NCBI GenBank assembly: GCA_964343195.1
Contig: CAYFIR010000007.1
Location: 14,696-78,695 of the forward strand
DNA: 64,000 nucleotides
Source: an uncultured Bacteroidia bacterium
Lineage (GTDB): Bacteria; Bacteroidota; Bacteroidia; J057
Reading direction: 5' to 3'
In this document: positions 18,053-25,567 of the stretch, one piece after another
Layout: every line of letters begins with the position of its first letter
How positions within the stretch are numbered: position 1 is the stretch's first letter
Translations under genes and position numbers: made by a program
Notes under the pieces: generated by a model
Told to the model about the DNA's origin: nothing
Database searches by the model: none
The model's input: only the letters and a program-made list of their open reading frames with translations

Positions 18053-19090
18053 TTACACACCTCCATATGTGGAAGCGGGACTGGGAACAAAGGGTGGTTT
18101 GGAGCGAAATACACGCAATCCCATAAACCAGGCTACCGCCATGCTGCTGTAGGAATAATAGAGCAATTGTAATGGTACTGCAAGCACCATCATCCGGAAG
18201 GAATGGACCCTGGCAAAAAAGCGAAAAATGTCATGGTTGAGCCAGATGACTATCCCTAGCAGGATAAATCCAGGGCCCAGTAATCCAATCCATAGAGGAC
18301 TCAGGAACAGAGCCAGCCAGGCCCCGGAAACCAGCAATCCACTCAGCCGGGATCGGCGATCCAGGTTGAGATCCTTCCTTTGCCAATACCCAAACTGATG
18401 AAGCAGGCCCAGCCATGGCAGTGCTCTTTGAAAAATATCAGTCCGTACCATGTTGCCAAGTGTCCACCGCTTTTCATGACAAACCTGCCAGTCTTTTACC
18501 AGTCGTATCCGAGCGCCACCCGCTTTGAGGCGATATCCCAGTTCGATGTCCTCCACAGATGGGCGTGAAAAATCAGGGTGAAACCCACCACTGCCCATAA
18601 AGACATCCCGGCGAACCATGCCGCAGGCTCCCCAGAATGTCGCAGCTTCCTCATTTCCCCGCTGATGTACATAGTGGTGCAGCAGGTTGCGGTACTGAGA
18701 AATTAACCCGGCATCCCCCGGCTGATCGTTATAGCTCCCAATGAAGGCATCATAAGAGGGGAAAGCATCAGGTAAGGACAGAGACTGCGCTACAAAATCC
18801 GAGGGCAGGCTTACGTCTGCATCAAGGAAACACAGCCACTCACCTCTCGCTTTTAGCGCTGCCGCGTTGCGCGCACGGGCTGGCCCTGAACGCTGAGCCA
18901 GGCGCTGTATATGCACCTGAAACGGCAGCTTTGGAGGCGTCGGGAGAATCGCCGGCCCATCTATCTGAAAAATCAACTCAACCGGACCTCCACCCAGGTG
19001 CTCCAGACTCTTGAGCAAACGACGAAATGCGAAACTGTCCTCTGCAACTGGTATGATGAAGGAGATCTGGATTGGGGGAGGTGGTATCAT
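18053..19090 (-). CDS. Family 2 glycosyltransferase with a C-terminal membrane anchor
   Basis: 'ISFIIPVAEDSFAFRRLLKSLEHL' and 'CFLDADVSLPSDF' (GT2 DxD region). C-terminal hydrophobic helices follow. The start was trimmed to the internal ATG (M23); the ORF track begins 66 nt upstream. Confidence 0.65.
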   Translation of the reverse strand: MIPPPPIQISFIIPVAEDSFAFRRLLKSLEHLGGGPVELIFQIDGPAILPTPPKLPFQVHIQRLAQRSGPARARNAAALKARGEWLCFLDADVSLPSDFVAQSLSLPDAFPSYDAFIGSYNDQPGDAGLISQYRNLLHHYVHQRGNEEAATFWGACGMVRRDVFMGSGGFHPDFSRPSVEDIELGYRLKAGGARIRLVKDWQVCHEKRWTLGNMVRTDIFQRALPWLGLLHQFGYWQRKDLNLDRRSRLSGLLVSGAWLALFLSPLWIGLLGPGFILLGIVIWLNHDIFRFFARVHSFRMMVLAVPLQLLYYSYSSMAVAWFMGLRVFRSKPPFVPSPASTYGGV

Positions 19091-19367
19091 TGGATGAGTA
19101 TCAGATTTTACCAGAAAGGGAAAAGCTCTGGGTACCTTTGGAGCGCTTCCCCCCACATTGGCTAAACAACGAGACCCACCAAATCAAACCAACTCATTCG
19201 CTTTATCCAGCTGCTGAGTACTACAAATCTTACATCATCTTATTAGCCAGATATCAAGATTAAACGGGTAATGCAGCCAGTGTCCAATACACAGATAGGC
19301 CCGGCTATTGGCCGGGCCGCACTAATGAAATTAAATGCACAGGAGATTTACTCCCTGGCACCAAGTA

Positions 19368-20477
19368 CTAATGTCCACCGAAAAGACGTACTTCGGAATT
19401 CCCTGAAGGCCGCCGTTCCAGTTCTTCACCTATTGCCTTATTCATATCAAAATCATCAACCGTAGCCCGACCAGGCTCTTTAGTCACGGGCATTTCCTTG
19501 AGATCGAATAATGGAGATGCCAATATCTCCGACGGAGATAACTGGTTAGGCGTCATCTCGGTCTGCTTCATTTGCAATACTCCTGCTGCATCCTTTTCCA
19601 CTTTGATGAAGGTGGAATTGGTTGGAGCTCCCATTAGAATCAATGGGCTGTAGGTAGTCGCGACGAACTGTACACGTGGGAATATGGAGGATAGGACGGT
19701 CGCCAGTTTCCACCGAAGGGCAGGAGGCAGGTTCAACTCAGGTTCCTCAATCAGTACCATTCCTGTCACTTCTTCCGGGTTCAGGTTTCGCCCCTGAATC
19801 TCATTGAGCCGCAGGTAAATATCAGCGACCATGGTCAGCAGGCCTGCTCTACCCAGGGATAGGTCTCGCCAGGAAATGATCTCGCCATTGTTCAGCACAA
19901 ACCGTAGGGTCCGACGGCTGATGTTGATTTCTGTCAGTTCCGGCCATACGGCCATCATCAGGGTAACGAGGGCGTCGAAGCGTCCGCTTTTCTCCCGATA
20001 GGAAAGCATCAACTCAGAAGGAAGGTCGAGTTTGGGGGCCACTTCTGACAGCAGGCTTCGAACCGCAGAAAGTGGGGTAGTTCGCTGGAAACCCTGCCCG
20101 TTCAGGTGGATATGGTTATGCCGAGCACTTCCGTAGCCCAGCAGATAAGGGGCCTGTACCGGACGTGGATAGGCATTGCTCACGGGAATCCGGCTGCCGT
20201 CGTAGATATACTCCAGGTGAGGCAGAATGCGATCTACCTGCATGATCTCCAATTTCACTCTGCCAGGCGGCGGAGGACTGGCCATAGTCAGCCCACGGAG
20301 TTGTTGATCATAATGAGCAAGTGCAATACTCTTCAGAATTGCGGTGCTCTGTTCTGCACCAGTGAAGAAAATCCACTGACTATTTCCAGGAAGTTCTTGA
20401 AGATCACTTCGCTGAAATCCAAAACAGTTCTCGATACAAAGAGATGCCAGGTGGTAGGGAAGAATGTTGCGGGTCAT
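19368..20477 (-). CDS. AAA_21/RecF-like ATPase-fold protein with a degenerate P-loop
   Basis: C-terminal half is canonical: 'MVLIEEPELNLPPALRWKLATVL...RVQFVATTYSPLIL' (Walker B/D-loop/H-loop-like) and 'LSLGRAGLLTMVA' (signature-like). The Walker A position reads 'FFTGAEQSTAILKSI' rather than GxxGxGKS/T. Confidence 0.45.
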   Translation of the reverse strand: MTRNILPYHLASLCIENCFGFQRSDLQELPGNSQWIFFTGAEQSTAILKSIALAHYDQQLRGLTMASPPPPGRVKLEIMQVDRILPHLEYIYDGSRIPVSNAYPRPVQAPYLLGYGSARHNHIHLNGQGFQRTTPLSAVRSLLSEVAPKLDLPSELMLSYREKSGRFDALVTLMMAVWPELTEINISRRTLRFVLNNGEIISWRDLSLGRAGLLTMVADIYLRLNEIQGRNLNPEEVTGMVLIEEPELNLPPALRWKLATVLSSIFPRVQFVATTYSPLILMGAPTNSTFIKVEKDAAGVLQMKQTEMTPNQLSPSEILASPLFDLKEMPVTKEPGRATVDDFDMNKAIGEELERRPSGNSEVRLFGGH

Positions 20478-20965
20478 AGCAATAGGCTTAAGGTGGAAAA
20501 ACTATGAAACACCGCATCAAAAAAATTAGTCAGTCGGGGGAGGTGGGTACTCCTTGCCATCGCCGTAGCGATCTGGCCTTGCTTTTTGTGAAAGCATTGC
20601 CAGATTCCTCGCCGAAAGAAAGGATCCTAACTCTCTGGATATGCGGTGAGTAGTATAAGTAGTCTTAATTCTCAAAGGACTCATGTGAAGCCTGGTTCGT
20701 GCAGGATGGAGTTGTATGTACTTACTTCAGATTTGGAATAATCATAATATAGCGCTTCTACCCCAGAATCAGACATGGCAAAAAAGACCTTCTGGAGTGC
20801 TTTAAAACAGCTCCAAAAGCGATTTTTGTCATTTTCTTACGTGAAAAAATCATCCGAAAAACAGGAGACCTTTCACCTGCTTTGAGTCGGAGTGCAGGAA
20901 ACAGCATATCCAGGGAAACCCGGTCATCCGGATTTCCCCCTTCCAGAGTCGACATTATATTCATC

Positions 20966-21943
20966 CTATCGGAAGGATTTCCAATGGCGGTTGGCCTGCC
21001 CGAACTTGAAAAGCGCTACGAATACTGAGCCGCCGATGATATTTCCCAAAGTAGCCCATATCTGAAAGTGCAGGTAGTCCTTCAGACCCAGTTCATCTCC
21101 GAGTACAGTCCCGCAAAACACCTCTATGGATCCCACGATGGAGTGATGCAGACCAGAAATTCCGATGACAACCGTGACCATAATCACAGATAACATCCGG
21201 CTGATGGTCTCCTGTGAGGCACCTACAAGCCAGGTTAACAGCCCCATCAGCCAACCTGCCAATACTCCACTCCCCAGAATCGCCCACCAGTCATATCTGA
21301 CCATCTTTTCAGCCAGATGGATCAGAGAGGCATCCTCGATGATATTAAGATGGGGGCCAATGGATATCAGCATGAGGCCTATCAGGTACCCTCCAAGGAG
21401 GTTTCCAGTGAAAATCGTTCCCCAAAGCCTCAAAAGTTGTGTAAACTTTACCCTTCTGGCCAACAATGGAAGCAATGAAAGGTCCGTGTGCTCGGTAAAT
21501 AGCTCCGATCGCCCTATCACCACAAAAATAAACCCTATGGGATACGCGAAGGCCAGTATAATATGCATTGAAACTTCTGAGACCTCATCACTCAGCAGGG
21601 TGTAAAGCACCCCCATTAGCAGGACACTAAATCCGACTTCCATACCTGCGGTAAATGCTGACATAAATGTCTGCTGCAGGGGACGCCTGTATTCATGAAG
21701 CCCTGCATTGGTAAGTTCGTCCAGGATGGTACTAACCTCCTTTGGTTGTGCTTGAGCTTCATTGTCACGATCAGCAAGGTTAGTCGCGACTTTTTTTCTT
21801 TGTGGAATGGATGATGGCATTGAATAAATCAGGTGGTGGAAGAGGTGGGTAACAATAGCCAAACTAGATAACCAGCAAAAGGGCAATTGGGTTTTAAAGT
21901 CCTGTAAAAACAGGTATTCATGATGGGGGGATAAAAAATACAA
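20966..21943 (-). CDS. Formate/nitrite transporter (FNT) family channel with an N-terminal extension
   Basis: 'FTAGMEVGFSVLLMGVL...FAYPIGFIFVVIGRSELFTEHT', typical of the FocA/NirC family. About 78 residues precede the core. Confidence 0.75.
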   Translation of the reverse strand: MYFLSPHHEYLFLQDFKTQLPFCWLSSLAIVTHLFHHLIYSMPSSIPQRKKVATNLADRDNEAQAQPKEVSTILDELTNAGLHEYRRPLQQTFMSAFTAGMEVGFSVLLMGVLYTLLSDEVSEVSMHIILAFAYPIGFIFVVIGRSELFTEHTDLSLLPLLARRVKFTQLLRLWGTIFTGNLLGGYLIGLMLISIGPHLNIIEDASLIHLAEKMVRYDWWAILGSGVLAGWLMGLLTWLVGASQETISRMLSVIMVTVVIGISGLHHSIVGSIEVFCGTVLGDELGLKDYLHFQIWATLGNIIGGSVFVALFKFGQANRHWKSFR

Positions 21944-21978
21944 ATAGGTTCCAGCTGGAACCTATTTGCAGAAATATC
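21942..21978 (-). terminator. Candidate intrinsic terminator for csbD (minus strand)
   Basis: Perfect 12-bp inverted repeat 'caaataggttcc-agct-ggaacctatttg', followed on the minus strand by a TATTTTTT tract. It lies ~200 bp downstream of the csbD stop, so the assignment is tentative. Confidence 0.35.
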
Positions 21979-22181
21979 AATTTGTGGCGCCTGGGAACTA
22001 GTGCTTTGTCAAGTGGAAAATGATGGGTAGTCGGTAGCAGATTTTTTCGTAGATCAAGGCGAAAAATTCGAGCCTAGTGAACTAGGCGAGCGGTTTTTCA
22101 ACGCAGATCATAGATGCCGATTCATCGGTAGATGCGGGAAAAGATGCAGCGATCACCCATCATTGGGGATTTGACAGAGCA

Positions 22182-22373
22182 CTAGATGCTGTCGATCATC
22201 TCCTTGAGCTTATCCTTGGTTTCGCCGGTAGCCTTCTCCAGGCGACCCATCAGTTCATCTTCCTGACCTTCTTCATAAGTCAGATCATCTTCCGTCAGAT
22301 CGCCATAGCTTTGCTTCAGCTTTCCTTTCATGATATTCCAGTTGCCTTTCAGCTTTAATTTCCAATCTTCCAT
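22182..22373 (-). CDS. csbD: CsbD-family general stress protein
   Basis: 63 aa, '[52 protein letters not shown]', the canonical CsbD pattern. Confidence 0.8.
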   Translation of the reverse strand: MEDWKLKLKGNWNIMKGKLKQSYGDLTEDDLTYEEGQEDELMGRLEKATGETKDKLKEMIDSI

Positions 22374-22829
22374 TGTTTAAGTTTTTGTTGGTGAATGTTT
22401 GGGAAAAAGAACGTCCGCTACCACTATATCAGGCAGCAACATTTCAATATGAAATCCAGATGCAAAATCAGGGATTATTCCATGATATAGCCAAGACCAA
22501 TCCTGGCTGAGAGTTTCCCAACAGGTGATATTTTCAAACAAATTATCAAAATACAGTCATCATCGGGTAGATTTCCAGCACCTGACTTGACAATCAGAAA
22601 AACACAACCATCTCACAAGAAATCATACACCTTTATATACCACAAAACCAACAACTCCGTTACCCGCAACGCAACAGCCACCCCTCAAAAACGCCCCACA
22701 GATACCACAATCGACGATTATTTCATCAAATTTAAATTCCCCAAAACAATCAGACCAGCAAATGTGTTATCATATACGAATATCATATTTCGAATACACA
22801 TTCTAACTAGCCCACAACAATCACAAATT

Positions 22830-22994
22830 ATGATTCGTTACGCATTGATCTTTTTTGTAATCGCTGTTATCGCAGCAATCTTCGGCTTTGGCGGTATCGC
22901 CGCTGGTGCAGCCAGCATCGCAAAAATCCTTTTCTGGGTATTTCTGGTCCTCTTTGCAGTATCTCTCGTAGGCCGTCTCGTCCGAGGGAAGTAA
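22830..22994 (+). CDS. DUF1328 (UPF0391/YtjA-like) small membrane protein
   Basis: '[54 protein letters not shown]'. Only the last 54 codons of ORF 22587..22994 look coding; the upstream part is a G-depleted non-coding leader. Confidence 0.7.
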   Translation: MIRYALIFFVIAVIAAIFGFGGIAAGAASIAKILFWVFLVLFAVSLVGRLVRGK

Positions 22995-23189
22995 TGTCCT
23001 AACCATATACCACCATATAGATAAGAGATACCCATATCCGTTCTGAATAGCATGTCTTAACCTGATAGATAATTTCGCTAGATAATAAAGTTTGTAAGCT
23101 GTTTCAACCTTTGGTGATAGAGAGAGTCTATGGAAGAGAATCGTCGTTCTATCGTCTTCTCCTAAATCCAACAGAATAAGAAATTTGCC

Positions 23190-23378
23190 ATGTTCTCATT
23201 ATTGAAAATCCTCATTTCGCTGTTTTGGCTGTTGCTCACCATCGGAGTGTTAGTATCTCTGTGGCGCAATTCAAAAACAAAGACCTCTGCCAAGGTGCTA
23301 TGGACGATTGGAGTCCTGATTTTCCCGATCCTGGGCCCTGTTATGTTCATTCTTTTCGGAGATCGCCCAGCGAATTAG
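23190..23378 (+). CDS. PLDc_N-domain small membrane protein (cardiolipin-synthase N-terminal-like)
   Basis: Two TM helices with 'LWTIGVLIFPILGPVMFILFG', the pattern of the PLD nuclease N-terminal domain family. Confidence 0.5.
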   Translation: MFSLLKILISLFWLLLTIGVLVSLWRNSKTKTSAKVLWTIGVLIFPILGPVMFILFGDRPAN

Positions 23379-23632
23379 GCTTGGGGCAGGCAATCCTGAT
23401 ACCAATAACTGAACACAATTATCAGCCGAGTGAATCACCCTGAGTGGTTCATTCGGCTTTTTTATATCTCCCCTTTTCACCAGATCCTTCCACCTAATAG
23501 TTCCCTCGGATACCTTACCAGGCAGGCATCGCGCAACCAAATATTCCCACGATTTGTCCCTTTGGGTAATGTCTGCGCCTTTCAGGACGTTACTTTAGAG
23601 CTATTCACTCAACTGATAACTACCCCATACCT

Positions 23633-25513
23633 ATGAAGAACCCTGTGATTCGCTTTTTTACCCTTTTAATTCTAATAATTTCAGGCATCCAGACAGGACT
23701 GGGACAGACCATCTGCGTTCCTGACTCTACTGTCCCAAACGAACCCGGAGTTTATCCCGGGGAAATTGAAGTTCAGGGATGTCAACCATTTGATACTACG
23801 ATCACTTTTGTATTTCCCCGTGATACAACGGTAGTGTTTGCCGGACAAACGGTGACGGTAGATTTCATCGAATTTCGCATCGATAGCCTTGTGGGTCTGC
23901 CTGACTCAGTGAACTGGACCTGCAACCTTGATCCAAACTGTACCTATGTGGTTTCTCCGGATAGCAGCGAGGTGGATACAATTGGATGTGTGCGGTTCCA
24001 GGGATTTAGTGATCAGCCGGGTCTGTACAATGTCAAGGTTCATGTCACTGCCATAGTGGATATCCTTGGGAGCATCAATGAGCAAAGCGACGTATTCGAT
24101 GCGCCCCTCACGGTTCTCCCCTGTCCCTTTGTCGGCGATTGCTATACGGCAGAGTTTGACGGAAACTGTGAGCCAGCCATCGTAACCCTCACGAACAACA
24201 TTCCCAGCAATGGGCAAGCAGGGTTTGATTATGAGTGGAGCATCACCGGCCCGTTGGGAGTCCTCTACCAGACCAGCGATGAAAATCCATTTCCGCAGAT
24301 TCTGCCTCAGGCGGGAAACTATGTCATCGACTATGGCGCCACCGTTGATACAACCGGCTTCATCCTCAACGGCCTTTCTATCGATGCAGTAGGCTGTGAT
24401 GACCTGCTGGATGCTGGCGACATTTACTGGATACTGATTGATCCGGATGGAACTGAAGTGATAAATACCTCTGCCACACCTGTTTCCAATGGGGGCAATA
24501 GCCTTCCTATCAGCACTGGTATTACGGGCCTGCTCCTCGATACCGGGCAATATGAACTTCAGGTATGGGATAATGACCTCTTAGGAGCTGATGACGGATG
24601 TGCTACTGGTGACAATGGTAGTGGGGCTTCCCTGTTTTTCAACATTCCCAGTGCACAGACAGGATCGCAGGTGTTGGTAAGCGGCTCTCTTCAGGTAACC
24701 ATGACGTTGGATAACCCCATCCAGACCATTACCTGTCGGGATACTTTTGCCATCGATCCTCTCCCCCAGATTCCCGAGCTACTGGCTGATGGAAGCCTGA
24801 TCCAGACAGATAGCATTGTCTATTGTGCCGGGGGCTCCGTCCTGCTCTCTACCAGTAGCACGGATTCTCTGATCTGGTTTGTAGATGGAACCCTTCAAAG
24901 CGATACCCTGGGAGATTCCCTAAGCATCTTTACTCCAGGCAACATCTACCTGGAAGCCATTGATCGTCAGTCACTCTGCCGCGCCAGTTCGCCCGCAATA
25001 CGGGTGGATAGCTTCATCGTATATGCGCCGCAGATTGGGCTGGATTCAGCCTCCGAGGTATTCAGCATTCTCCAGCCCGACGACTCGGTAGCCTACAGTT
25101 GGTTTGACGAGGACGGCACCCTGGTGGGGACCGGCCCTACCTTCGATCCCGATTCCAACGGTGTATATTTCGCAGCCGCCACAGATACCGCCTATGCCTG
25201 TCAGTCAGCGCTATCGGAAGGATTCAATTTCATTTCCAGCATTGACGAGCAGCGCCTGCTTGGTAGCATGGAGCTATTCCCCAACCCTAATGACGGTAAC
25301 TTCTACCTCAGGGCGGCCCTCCAGTCTGCGACTCCTGTTCAGACTGCGGTCTATGACCTGAGTGGTCGCCAACTTTGGAGCGAGGACTGGGGTGTACAGA
25401 GTGGCTCCTTCAACGCAGCCATCAAGGTTCCCAACCTTCCGGCTGGTTTTTACCTATTCGAGTTAAAAACTGAAGACCAGCGCGTACAAAAACGGCTGGT
25501 CATCAGGCCATAA
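23633..25513 (+). CDS. Secreted T9SS cargo protein of unknown function
   Basis: Signal peptide 'MKNPVIRFFTLLILIISGIQTGLGQ'. The C-terminal ~80 aa 'ELFPNPNDGNFYLRAALQSA...AGFYLFELKTEDQRVQKRLVI' match the Por/T9SS type-A sorting domain. A Cys-rich N-terminal region is present. Confidence 0.75.
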   Translation: MKNPVIRFFTLLILIISGIQTGLGQTICVPDSTVPNEPGVYPGEIEVQGCQPFDTTITFVFPRDTTVVFAGQTVTVDFIEFRIDSLVGLPDSVNWTCNLDPNCTYVVSPDSSEVDTIGCVRFQGFSDQPGLYNVKVHVTAIVDILGSINEQSDVFDAPLTVLPCPFVGDCYTAEFDGNCEPAIVTLTNNIPSNGQAGFDYEWSITGPLGVLYQTSDENPFPQILPQAGNYVIDYGATVDTTGFILNGLSIDAVGCDDLLDAGDIYWILIDPDGTEVINTSATPVSNGGNSLPISTGITGLLLDTGQYELQVWDNDLLGADDGCATGDNGSGASLFFNIPSAQTGSQVLVSGSLQVTMTLDNPIQTITCRDTFAIDPLPQIPELLADGSLIQTDSIVYCAGGSVLLSTSSTDSLIWFVDGTLQSDTLGDSLSIFTPGNIYLEAIDRQSLCRASSPAIRVDSFIVYAPQIGLDSASEVFSILQPDDSVAYSWFDEDGTLVGTGPTFDPDSNGVYFAAATDTAYACQSALSEGFNFISSIDEQRLLGSMELFPNPNDGNFYLRAALQSATPVQTAVYDLSGRQLWSEDWGVQSGSFNAAIKVPNLPAGFYLFELKTEDQRVQKRLVIRP

Positions 25514-25567
25514 ATGGATAAGGATACCCTCAAATATGGATCTACAAAAGCTGACAGCTTCGCTGCC

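Noticed and set aside
20758-20964. 68-aa minus-strand ORF between the AAA-like gene and the FNT gene
   Set aside because: No recognisable features. It is too short and has no supporting context.
22587-22829. N-terminal 81 codons of ORF 22587..22994
   Set aside because: The sequence is G-depleted and C/A-rich with no protein-like composition. The DUF1328 family begins at the internal Met (22830). It is treated as a non-coding leader.
19368-23400. Possibility that the AAA_21-like ATPase marks a defense or mobile island
   Set aside because: No nuclease partner (TOPRIM/OLD), integrase, transposase, tRNA target or direct repeats were seen. Neighbouring genes are housekeeping or stress genes.
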